Below are positions 10,227-19,093 of a stretch of DNA of 64,000 bases, one piece after another; the first letter of the stretch is position 1, and the number at the start of each line of letters is the position of its first letter. The DNA is taken from contig CAWCMR010000025.1 in the NCBI GenBank assembly GCA_963796685.1, positions 64,001-128,000 of the forward strand, written 5' to 3'. The stretch comes from an uncultured delta proteobacterium. Its GTDB lineage: Bacteria; Myxococcota_A; Polyangia; Fen-1088. A program made the translations under genes and the position numbers. The notes below the pieces were generated by a model that made no database searches, was not told where the DNA came from, and was given only the letters and a program-made list of their open reading frames with translations.

Positions 10227-11219
10227 CTATCGATGAATGGGTCGCTCCGTGGCGATGCGTACCTTCGCTTCAGCGCGAAATCGCCTGCGCATCTGGGTCC
10301 GGGTGATGCCGTGCTGGCGTTGGTAGATGCGGGACAATAGCCTGTCAAGGTCCACGGGATCGTTCAACGAGCCCATGACCTGCTCGGGCGTACGCCATTC
10401 GTTCCAGCCCGAGCCGTGCACGGGAATGACCCCAAGGTCCGTCGCCTCTTGCCAGGGAGCACTCTCGTGGATCGTTGCAGGGATGCGCTGGAAAGCTGCC
10501 CCGATTGAATCGGGTGTCACCCAAGCATTCGCCCAAAGACTCTCCACAATCGCAGCTCGAGTCGGCAGCTTGCGCGCGATGAGCTTCCAAAGGTCGGAAC
10601 CTCGCGCCGTGAACGCGCGCGTGTCCCAGAGCGCTCCGCGGGCCTTGAGACGCCTGGCTTGGGAGGGCGTGGCGTCTTCCACCAGTCTGACGACAGACTG
10701 GACTCGGCCGTCGAGGGCGGCACCCGGGACGACCATGCGACCGCTGGCGGCCACCTCGGTCATCACCGCGCCGGCAAGGATGATCGGGCTCGTGGCCAGC
10801 GCCAGACCGGCCGCGACCAACGAACCCGCGAGCACGCTGGCGCCGGGGACGTAGTGGTAGGCGGGTGCCACGATCACCGCGGCGTCAGGGGTACGCGCCA
10901 AGATCCGCCCGAGCGCGAACAACACGTCGACCGCCGGACCGCGATCGAGAGGACGGGCCAAGATCCCGATGCCGCGCCATGCACGTAGCTGCGTGCGCGC
11001 GAGGTCCTCGTGCTTGGTCGAGACGACGACGGAAATCCGTTCCGGCGGCACGAGCGCGGCGTACGATGACACCGTCTGCCGCAGCAGGGATCCGTCGCCC
11101 GCGATGAGCGCGAGCTGCTTGGGTACCGCCTCGCCCGACAGTGCACGGGTGAGCGGATCGAGCCGGGAGTCTTCGGCACCGGCCAGGACGATGATGTGCA
11201 GCTCTCGAGAGTTGAACAT
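10227..11219 (-). CDS. Mannose-1-phosphate guanylyltransferase-like protein with degenerate catalytic motifs
   Basis: IIVLAGAEDSRLDPLTR...PKQLALIAGDGSLLRQTV matches the ManC/GMPP N-terminus, but key motifs are altered. Confidence 0.7.
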   Translation of the reverse strand: MFNSRELHIIVLAGAEDSRLDPLTRALSGEAVPKQLALIAGDGSLLRQTVSSYAALVPPERISVVVSTKHEDLARTQLRAWRGIGILARPLDRGPAVDVLFALGRILARTPDAAVIVAPAYHYVPGASVLAGSLVAAGLALATSPIILAGAVMTEVAASGRMVVPGAALDGRVQSVVRLVEDATPSQARRLKARGALWDTRAFTARGSDLWKLIARKLPTRAAIVESLWANAWVTPDSIGAAFQRIPATIHESAPWQEATDLGVIPVHGSGWNEWRTPEQVMGSLNDPVDLDRLLSRIYQRQHGITRTQMRRRFRAEAKVRIATERPIHR

Positions 11220-11234
11220 GGGCGCGCTCCTTTT

Positions 11235-11912
11235 CTAGATCGCCAGATAGCCGCCGATGTTCTCGCGGAGGGCCACCCGGGCTCGATGCAATCTCGTCTT
11301 GATCACTTGCTCGGACACGCCCAACGTTCGGGCAGCCTGCAACGTCGAGTTCCCCTCGATCTCCCGAGCCAGGAATACCGAGCGCAACATATCGGGCAAT
11401 TTGTCGACCGCCCCCTGGATCTCTTGTTGCAATTCGCCCAGGGCCAACAGCTCGTCCGGTCGAAGGGGTCCGGCCAGGCCGGCGTCGTGGTTCGAATTCG
11501 CGACCACGGTGTCCAGATCGCCCGGCAGAGCACCGGCAAAAGTCGGTCTGCGGCTGCGCGCGCGCAACAACATCAGCGACGCATTGGCCGTGACCCGATG
11601 AAGCCAGCTGCTCACCTGCGCGCGCCCTTCGAATCCGGGCAGCTTCCGCCAGGCCGTCACGAACACGTCTTGAAGGATCTCTCGGGCGTCGTTCTCGTTG
11701 CGCACGAACCGCATGGCCAGGCGGAACAGCCGCTCCTCGTACCGGTCGAAGAGCCTTCGGAGCGCGAGCACATCTCCTGTTTGAGCCCGCGCGACCAGTA
11801 CTTCGTCACACGTGTATTCGTCGTGGTCAGGGGCCACGTCGGTCGAGGCCCTCCGCGGCGCTGAACGCGTCGAACGTCGTAGAACGGAATTGTCGTTGTT
11901 GGGGATATTCAT
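11235..11912 (-). CDS. ECF-type RNA polymerase sigma factor (RpoE-like)
   Basis: DEVLVARAQTGD..ALRRLFDRYEERLFRLAMR, DAREILQDVFVTAWRKL..FEGR..VSSWLHR, VIKTRLHRAR. Start taken at ATG 11912. Confidence 0.9.
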   Translation of the reverse strand: MNIPNNDNSVLRRSTRSAPRRASTDVAPDHDEYTCDEVLVARAQTGDVLALRRLFDRYEERLFRLAMRFVRNENDAREILQDVFVTAWRKLPGFEGRAQVSSWLHRVTANASLMLLRARSRRPTFAGALPGDLDTVVANSNHDAGLAGPLRPDELLALGELQQEIQGAVDKLPDMLRSVFLAREIEGNSTLQAARTLGVSEQVIKTRLHRARVALRENIGGYLAI

Positions 11913-12289
11913 GGTTCTCGTCTCACGGTTAGTTGAGGGTGCCTCTTGGGGTCGCCCAGGCAGGCCATCGCACCCCACGCAATCCCCGTGCCGGAGATTC
12001 AGTTTCGAGGCTCCTTGGCAATCGTCTGGGCTCGCGCGTTCTCCATTCTCTGTTGGTAGCAAGGCACGGGTTTGGAGTCACCGGACGGTAACGCCTCGGC
12101 CTGCGCCTCGAGCCAGGGGAGCTCCTCGCAGCGCCGCAATCTTGCTGTGCTGGACTCCTCGTCAGGCCGTGACACAATTCGGGTCCGGCAACCCTTTCGC
12201 GGAGTGGGGCGGCCGTGCAGTCACGCTTGACCCGCTTGCATGGTGGCATTCCTGGCATCGCGTTCAGGCCCCAGGGCCAAGGAGGCATC

Positions 12290-13078
12290 ATGAGATTCTC
12301 ATCGATCTTCATCGCCATCACCTGTGCGTTCGCCCCGGCCAAGCCGGTAGGCGCCATGGAATTGGCGCCGGGCTCGGCCCAGCCGAGCCTGCCCTCGGTC
12401 AAGCAGGTCGTCGACAGGCTCAACGACCTCTACCGCGCAAGCTCGTCGCACGCGCACATGACCATGAAGGTCGTCACCAGGCGCTACCGTCGGGACCTGA
12501 CCCTGGAGGCATGGACCCGAGGGAAAAAGGAAGCCCTCGTGGTCGTGCGCGCCCCTGCCCGGGAGGCCGGCGAGGCAACCTTGCGCTCGGCCGCAGGTTT
12601 GTGGAGTTACGCCCCACGCGCCGACGAGCTGGTGCGCATCCCGACCTCGTTGCTCTCCGACAACTGGATGGGCAGCCACTTCACCAACGACGATCTGATG
12701 CGCGAGACCGACTTCATGACGGACTACGATGCCTCGCTGGCCTGGCGGGATGAAGGCGGCAAGCGCCTGCTGCAGGTGACCCTCAAGCCCAAGCCGCAGG
12801 CGCCCGTGGTCTGGAGCCGCATCACCTTCCTGCTCGATCCCGGCGATTACATGCCCCTGCGTGCAGACTACTTCGACGGAGACAAGATCGTGCGCACGCT
12901 CACCTACGCCGACCCGCACGAGGTGGCGGGACGCCGGGTGCCGTTCACCATGGTGATGGTGCCCGCCGACAAGCCCGGCGAATTCACGCGCGTCGAGTAC
13001 CAGGATCTCGAGCTCGGGGTCGCCGTCGACCCGAGTCTATTCACGCAGCGAGGACTGCGCTGGGTCGCCAAGCAATGA
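12290..13078 (+). CDS. Outer-membrane lipoprotein-sorting (LolA-like) protein
   Basis: GGAGG RBS; signal peptide; APAREAGEATL, LWSYAP, WMGSHFTNDDL, FTQRGL motifs. Confidence 0.85.
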   Translation: MRFSSIFIAITCAFAPAKPVGAMELAPGSAQPSLPSVKQVVDRLNDLYRASSSHAHMTMKVVTRRYRRDLTLEAWTRGKKEALVVVRAPAREAGEATLRSAAGLWSYAPRADELVRIPTSLLSDNWMGSHFTNDDLMRETDFMTDYDASLAWRDEGGKRLLQVTLKPKPQAPVVWSRITFLLDPGDYMPLRADYFDGDKIVRTLTYADPHEVAGRRVPFTMVMVPADKPGEFTRVEYQDLELGVAVDPSLFTQRGLRWVAKQ

Positions 13079-14334
13079 TCCGTCTGGCCTTGCGCAACCT
13101 GGCCCGCAATCGCTGGCGCAGCGGACTAACCCTGTCCGGCGTGGCCGTCGCCGTGGCCATGCTCATCTGGAGCGACGGGCTCATGGAGGCCTTCTTCGAC
13201 ACCATGATTGAAAGTGTGACCGCCGTGCAGCTCGGCGACGTGCGGATCGAATCGGAGGCGCATGCCAAGGAAGGCTCGGTCTACGACGCCTTCCCGGTCA
13301 CCCCCGCGCTGCTCGAACGCGTGCGCCGTCTGCCCGGGATCAGGGCCGTCGCCCCGCGCCTTCTGACCTACGGACTGCTCGGCCACGGGGCACGATCACA
13401 GGGCGCCCTCGTCCTTGGGGTCGATCCCGGGGCCGAGGCCCGCGCTGGCGACGTGGCGAAATCCGTCGTGGCGGGCAGGTGGCTCGCGCCCACGGAGGCG
13501 GACCAGACGAAGGATCGGTCCAAGCAGGTCGTGCTCGGGCAAGACTTGGCGAATCTGCTGGCGGCCAAGGTGGGCGATGAGCTCGTGGTGCTGCTGCAAG
13601 CCGCTGACGGCGGCATGGGCGACGACCGGCTACGCGTGGTCGGCATCGTCCGCACCGGCAGTGGTGCTCTCGACCGGCAAGCGGCGTGGATGAGGCTCTC
13701 GGGCGTCGCGTTTCTGGCCGCGCTCGACGGCCAGGCCCACGAGCTCGTGGTCCGCCTCGATCGCGGCGCCGATCTCGACCGCGCGGCCGCCGCCCTACGC
13801 ACGGCCGTCGCGGGCAGCGCGGGTCCGAAGTTGCTCGTGCGCACGTGGCAGGAGCTGGTGCCCGACCTGCGCCAGATCATCGCCTTGACGAAACTTTCGA
13901 TGATCGTGCTCTACCTCATCGTCTATTGCATCGCCGCGCTCGGCATCCTCAACGCCCAACGCATGACCGCGATCGAGCGCAAGCGCGAGCTCGCGGTGAT
14001 GATGGCGGTGGGCGTGACGCCGATGCGCCTTGCCAGACTGGTGGTGCTCGAGTCCGTGCTGCTCGTGGGGATGGGCGCGATCCTTGGCATGCTGCTCGGG
14101 GTGGGCGTGTCGGCTTACCACGCCCACGCGGGACTCAACCTCGCGGCCCTCGGCTCACACGGGTTCAGCTACGGCGGCGTCGAGTTCCATGCGCGCATCT
14201 TCTTCGTCGTTCGCCCGGCCATGGTCCTGCTGCCCGCGCTGGCCATCCTGATAGTGGGCGTCCTGTGCGGGCTGTGGCCGGCGCTGGCGAGCGCGCGCCT
14301 CGGGCTCGCCTCCACCATTTCCGGGAGGGCCTGA
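13075..14334 (+). CDS. ABC transporter permease (FtsX/LolE/MacB type)
   Basis: LALRNLARNRWRSGLT; large periplasmic loop; ERKRELAVMMAVG. Confidence 0.9.
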   Translation: MIRLALRNLARNRWRSGLTLSGVAVAVAMLIWSDGLMEAFFDTMIESVTAVQLGDVRIESEAHAKEGSVYDAFPVTPALLERVRRLPGIRAVAPRLLTYGLLGHGARSQGALVLGVDPGAEARAGDVAKSVVAGRWLAPTEADQTKDRSKQVVLGQDLANLLAAKVGDELVVLLQAADGGMGDDRLRVVGIVRTGSGALDRQAAWMRLSGVAFLAALDGQAHELVVRLDRGADLDRAAAALRTAVAGSAGPKLLVRTWQELVPDLRQIIALTKLSMIVLYLIVYCIAALGILNAQRMTAIERKRELAVMMAVGVTPMRLARLVVLESVLLVGMGAILGMLLGVGVSAYHAHAGLNLAALGSHGFSYGGVEFHARIFFVVRPAMVLLPALAILIVGVLCGLWPALASARLGLASTISGRA

Positions 14335-14336
14335 CC

Positions 14337-15578
14337 GTGCACGACCTGAGACTCGGCTGGCGGAACCTGTGGCGCAACCGGACCCGCACCGTCATTTCCG
14401 CGACCGCCATCACCTTGAGCTTCGCGGGACTGCTCACCACCTTCGGGGTCTCGGATGCGTCCTACGACCAGATGCTGGCTGCGGCCGTGCGCAGCGCGGG
14501 CGGCAACGTGCTCGTCCATGCCAAGGGATGGGAGCACAGTCGCGCGGCCGATCTGCTCATCGCGGACCCCGCGAAGGTCGAGGCCACGGCGCGCGATCTG
14601 CGCGGGGTGCGCGCCGTGATCCCGCGCGTGCTCGTCCAGGGCCTGCTCAGCTCCCCGCGTGGCGCCGAGGCGCTGCAGCTGCGAGGCATCGACGCCAAGG
14701 CCGAGGCAGCCCTGCTCGACCTCGCCCCCTACGTGGCCGAGGGATCCTTTCTGGCCCCAGGGGATGCCCATCCGCTGGTGATCGGGGAAAAGCTCGCCCA
14801 GAAGCTGGGAGTGAACCTCGGCGATCGCGTGGTGCTGACCGCCGCCGGCCCCAAGGGCGACCTGGCGCGCGCCCTGTTTCGCGTGTCCGGAATCTTGCGG
14901 CCGCACAGCGGCCTCGATGACGGCGTCGCGTTCACCACCCTCGCGGCGGCAGCCGAGGCGATAGGAGCGGGCAGAAGCCGCACCGAGATCGGTCTCGTGC
15001 TCGCCGACGACACCAGCCGCGGCAAGGTCGCCCGCGCGCTACGGAAACAACTTGCGATGGGGAGCGAGAACCTCAAGGTGCTCACCTGGGACCAGGCGCT
15101 GCCCGAGCTTCTCGGTGCCATTCGCGCCGACAAAGCCTTCGCCTACCTGTTCGGGCTGGTGGTTTTCGTCATCATGGGCTTCGGCATCGCCAACACCTTC
15201 CTGATGTCGGTGCTCGAGCGCGTGCGCGAGCTGGGGCTCTTGTCCGCGCTGGGACTGACGCCGGGGCGGACGGCGCGTCTGGTGTTGGCCGAGACCGCCG
15301 TGCTCACCAGTCTTTCGGTGGCAGCGGGCTATGGGCTGGCGCTACTGGTTCACCTCTACCTGCACCGCTATGGCATCGACCTGGCGGGGCTATCCGGGAT
15401 GAAGGTGGAGCTGGCCGGTGTGATGGTGCAAGACTTGCGCCTGCGCAGCGTCGTCGATCCCTGGCGCTGGCTCGCTGGCGGAGCGGGTGTGGTGGCGATC
15501 GTCTTGCTCAGCGCCTGCTACCCGGCCTTCAAGGCGGCTCGGCTCGACCCGGTGCAGGCGATGCGAACCTATGAATAG
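14337..15578 (+). CDS. ABC transporter permease (FtsX/LolE/MacB type)
   Basis: GTG 14337; LGWRNLWRNRTRT; NTFLMSVLERVRELGLLSALG; YPAFKAARLDPVQAMR. Confidence 0.9.
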   Translation: MHDLRLGWRNLWRNRTRTVISATAITLSFAGLLTTFGVSDASYDQMLAAAVRSAGGNVLVHAKGWEHSRAADLLIADPAKVEATARDLRGVRAVIPRVLVQGLLSSPRGAEALQLRGIDAKAEAALLDLAPYVAEGSFLAPGDAHPLVIGEKLAQKLGVNLGDRVVLTAAGPKGDLARALFRVSGILRPHSGLDDGVAFTTLAAAAEAIGAGRSRTEIGLVLADDTSRGKVARALRKQLAMGSENLKVLTWDQALPELLGAIRADKAFAYLFGLVVFVIMGFGIANTFLMSVLERVRELGLLSALGLTPGRTARLVLAETAVLTSLSVAAGYGLALLVHLYLHRYGIDLAGLSGMKVELAGVMVQDLRLRSVVDPWRWLAGGAGVVAIVLLSACYPAFKAARLDPVQAMRTYE

Positions 15579-16317
15579 TGGAGGCACAGTGACCGATCAA
15601 GTCGTGATCAGGACCGAGAAGCTCTCGCGCACCTACGTGCAGGGCGCGGTCGAGGTGCACGCGCTTCGCGACGTGGACTTCACGTGCAAGCGCGGCGATC
15701 TCGTCGCCCTCGCCGGGCCGTCGGGATCGGGGAAATCGACTCTGCTCAACCAGCTCGGAGCTCTCGATTCCCCGACCTCGGGGACCATCGACATCGCGGG
15801 ACATCAGGTGACCGGGCTCGGCCGCGCCGAGGCCGCGCGTTTCCGCCTCACCCACATCGGCTTCGTGTTCCAGGCCTACAACCTCCTGCCCGTGCTCACG
15901 GCCTACGAAAACGCGGAATACACCCTGCTCTTGCAAGGCGTACCGTCCGCCAAGCGACGCAAGATCGTCGCGCCCCTGCTCGATCGCGTGGGCCTGGGGG
16001 CCATGCTCGACCGACGCCCGCACGAGCTGTCGGGCGGTCAACAGCAACGCGTGGCCGTGGTGCGCGCCATCGCGCCCAAGCCGGCCTTCGTGCTTGCCGA
16101 CGAGCCGACGGCGAACCTCGACAGCGAGAGCTCGTCGTCGCTCCTCGACCTGCTCGAAGAGCTCAACCGGCGCGACGGCATCACTTTCGTGCTCGCCTCG
16201 CACGACGCGCAGGTCATCGCGCGCGCGCGGCGGGTGGTGCGGCTGCGCGATGGTCGCATCGTCGCCGACGAGACCAACCGCGCCGCGGAACCCGAGACGG
16301 AGCCTCGCCAAGCCTGA
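15571..16317 (+). CDS. ABC transporter ATP-binding protein (LolD-like)
   Basis: Walker A GPSGSGKST, signature LSGGQQQR, Walker B VLADEPT, H-loop. Confidence 0.95.
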   Translation: MNSGGTVTDQVVIRTEKLSRTYVQGAVEVHALRDVDFTCKRGDLVALAGPSGSGKSTLLNQLGALDSPTSGTIDIAGHQVTGLGRAEAARFRLTHIGFVFQAYNLLPVLTAYENAEYTLLLQGVPSAKRRKIVAPLLDRVGLGAMLDRRPHELSGGQQQRVAVVRAIAPKPAFVLADEPTANLDSESSSSLLDLLEELNRRDGITFVLASHDAQVIARARRVVRLRDGRIVADETNRAAEPETEPRQA

Positions 16318-17559
16318 TGCGCGGGCTGACGATTCTTGCCGTGGCGTCCGTGCTCGTCGGCCCGGCAAGGGCGCAGGCGGCGCAGAGCTTGATCGAGGGC
16401 GAGCACGCCAAGCTGGCGCTCGGCGGGTACGCGTTCACCCTCGGCGGGCTACAACGGCTGAGGTTCGACCTCGGGCCTGGTGCACCGTCGCCGGCCCCGC
16501 CCGATCATCTCGGGCTTTCCGAGACCCTGCTGCGCCTGGAATGGAAGGCGGACCTCGGCGAGCACGTCACGGCCGAGGTCCACCAACGCCTCTTTCTGCG
16601 TGTCAGCAGCGAAGCCTTCGCCCTCGGTGGCCAGAAGCTCGGCCTCGGCGCCAGCGCGGTGCCGCGGCGGACGGTCGACCTTCGCTCGGTGGCCTACGAC
16701 GAGGATCGCCTGCTGCTCGAGCACGATATCGATCGCCTGGCCGTGCGCGCGGATCTGGGGAGCTTCGATGTCAGCCTGGGCCGCCAGGCCATTACCTGGG
16801 GCTTCGCCTCGCTGTTTCCCATCGCGGATCTGTGGACCACCTTCAGCCCCTTCGAGCTCGACACCTCGCAAAAGCGCGGCGTGGATGCGCTTCGCGTCCT
16901 GTACTCAAGCTCTCCCTCCACCGAGCTTCGAGGGCGTGGTGGCCGATCGGGGCACGCTGGGGGATCTGTCCGCCGGCGTGCGCGCCGTGGCCTACCTGCA
17001 CGCCGCGGATGTCTACCTTGCCCTGACCAAGCAGTGGCGCGAGCTCATCGCCTTCGCCGGAGCCGGTGCAGTCATTGGCAGCTTCAAGCTGCGTGCCGAG
17101 GTCGCCGGTCCCTACGATCTGGACGGCGAGGAGCTTGCGCGCCCGCGCGGCTCGGTCGGAGCGGACTGGTTGAGCGGCCGGCTCACCCTGACCCTGGAGG
17201 CGAGCTACAATGGAACCGGCGTGCGGCACGCCTCGGATTACCTCACGCATCTCACCACCTCGCCGGTGGTCGGACGCGGCGAGAGCTACCTGCTCGGCCG
17301 CTGGTACGCGGGTGCCGCCGCGAGCTGGAAGATCTCGGAGCTGTTCCAGCTCTCGTTCACCACGCTGGGGAACTTGCAGGATCCGAGCCTGGTGCTCGCC
17401 AGCGCCCTGACCTACCAGATCGCACAGGAGACCGCGCTCTCGCTCGGGGCGTTCCAGGGCTTAGGCGGGATCCCCGTGGTCGATGCCGCGCCCGAGCTGC
17501 GCAGCGAATTCGGCTCGCTGGGTGGCCTCTACTACCTCTCGCTTTCCAGCTTCTTCTGA
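16317..17559 (+). CDS. Probable outer-membrane beta-barrel protein, frameshifted near 16927
   Basis: Signal peptide; IDRL...GRQAITWG...FSPFELDT..KRGVDA. Removing one T at gagcttcgag joins it to a frame ending YYLSLSSFF. Confidence 0.75.
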
Positions 17560-17584
17560 AATTCGGCGCAGTGGGTGGACTTCG

Positions 17585-18367
17585 CTACCTTGCTCTTTCG
17601 AGCTTCTTGGGGGCGGCCGAATGCTCGTTCGACTCGGCCAATCGGAAGCCGATGCCGCGCACCGTTTGCAACATATCGGCGGCCTTGCCAAGCTTGTCCC
17701 GAAGGCGCTTGACGTGGGTGTCGACCGTGCGGCTGGAGACCTCCGGGTGGTACCCCCAAACCTCGGTCAGGAGCTTCCGGCGCGTACACATGTATCCGGG
17801 CGCGTGGATGAGATGGCTAACCAGGCGCATTTCCAAGGCGCTGACGTGAACCTCCCTTCCATCCACGAAGAGCCGGTGTGCCTTTTCGTCTATCGCCAGG
17901 CACCCGACGGTCAACTGCTCGGCTCTTTCCGCGCGCTTCTTTTCCTCGGTTCCGAATAGACTCTCGCGGGCCTTGAGTCGGGCCTCGATACGAAGGATCA
18001 GCTCGCGCACGTTGAAGGGCTTGACCACGTAGTCGTCGGCGCCTGCTTCGAATCCGGCGACGCGATCGGTTTCCTCGACCCGTGCGGACAGGATGACGAC
18101 CACGGGCCTTCTTGCCTCAGGCATCGTGTGGATGCGCCGGCAAATCTCCAAGCCCGACATGTCGGGCAACATCACGTCCAGCAGCACCAAGTCCGCCTCG
18201 CTCTCGTCGAGAACGCGAATTGCGGTGTCGCCCCAATCAGCGACCCTCACCTCGTATCCCGAGGCCGTCAGCGCATAATCGAGCGACTTGCAAAGATCTA
18301 CCTCGTCCTCGACAACGAGAAGTCGAGCGCGCCGGCCCGTCTGTGGCTCCATGGGTATGGGCACCAT
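17585..18367 (-). CDS. OmpR/PhoB-family response regulator (PhoB-like), orphan
   Basis: LLVVEDE, LLDVMLPD, GADDYVVKPF; winged helix SRTVDTHVKRLRDKLG..LQTVRGIGF. Confidence 0.92.
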   Translation of the reverse strand: MVPIPMEPQTGRRARLLVVEDEVDLCKSLDYALTASGYEVRVADWGDTAIRVLDESEADLVLLDVMLPDMSGLEICRRIHTMPEARRPVVVILSARVEETDRVAGFEAGADDYVVKPFNVRELILRIEARLKARESLFGTEEKKRAERAEQLTVGCLAIDEKAHRLFVDGREVHVSALEMRLVSHLIHAPGYMCTRRKLLTEVWGYHPEVSSRTVDTHVKRLRDKLGKAADMLQTVRGIGFRLAESNEHSAAPKKLERAR

Positions 18368-18379
18368 CGCACCGCGCGT

Positions 18380-18397
18380 GTTTCAATCTGGTGACAA
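18380..18397 (-). promoter_or_regulatory. Pho-box-like direct repeat upstream of the regulator
   Basis: Minus strand TTGTCAC-caga-TTGAAAC, 11-bp period. Confidence 0.45.
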
Positions 18398-18428
18398 ACG
18401 TGAAACCCTTCCGCGCAGCCATCGCGCA

Positions 18429-18482
18429 TAAAAAAGAGACCACCTGGGGCCAGGAGAGAGTGTCTTCCCCCAGGTGATCTCT
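18429..18482 (-). terminator. Intrinsic terminator-like hairpin
   Basis: Minus strand AGAGATCACCTGGGG...CCCCAGGTGGTCTCT followed by a T run. Confidence 0.65.
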
Positions 18483-18817
18483 CGCCAGATCCCGCGGCGC
18501 ATCTGTACGCGTGCTTGCGATGGGCAGAACGCGCGACGGTCTGGCCCCGCCTCCCCTCCCGGATAAGCTACGACGAACTGGCTCTATCACTCGCGGTTGC
18601 TTGTTCGATGATAGCGGGTCGCTTCCGCTTTTCTGCAACACTAGCGCAACAGCGAGCCTACTACCGGGCGGCGGTCAAGTCGGAAACAAGGAAGAAACAC
18701 CACCGCCTCCGGAACGTTGAAGAAAGACAACGCAAAGGTAACCATACCTCTCGGTTCTCTGATCTAGCCTTCCCGCCGTAGCGATCGATCGATGAGCGAA
18801 CGGAAAGGAGACTGCTC

Positions 18818-19048
18818 ATGCCCAGGGAAAACCAACCATTCGAACAAGACTTCCTTCTGGTCACGGATACCGAAATGCGTGTCAGGCAGGCGACGCAATA
18901 CACGCAACTCAACCCGATGATCGTGCCGGTCCCCGACGAGGACGTCTGGGAATGGGAGACCAGTAGTTGGGACGCAGAGCCCATCTTCGACAAGAGCCTT
19001 GACGAGGAGTACCCCACGATCTGGGAAAGTACCCTCGAACGTCTGTGA
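18818..19048 (+). CDS. Small acidic, Trp-rich hypothetical protein
   Basis: AAGGAG RBS before ATG; 76 aa, rich in D/E/W. Confidence 0.55.
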   Translation: MPRENQPFEQDFLLVTDTEMRVRQATQYTQLNPMIVPVPDEDVWEWETSSWDAEPIFDKSLDEEYPTIWESTLERL

Positions 19049-19093
19049 GCGTTGCCGCGCGCCGACCCGCGAACCGCCTCGATCGGCCAGGAG

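Noticed and set aside
15684-17849. 721-aa ORF as a single gene
   Set aside because: Only the part from ATG 16317 to about 16927 is plausibly coding. The rest overlaps the ATPase or follows the frameshift.
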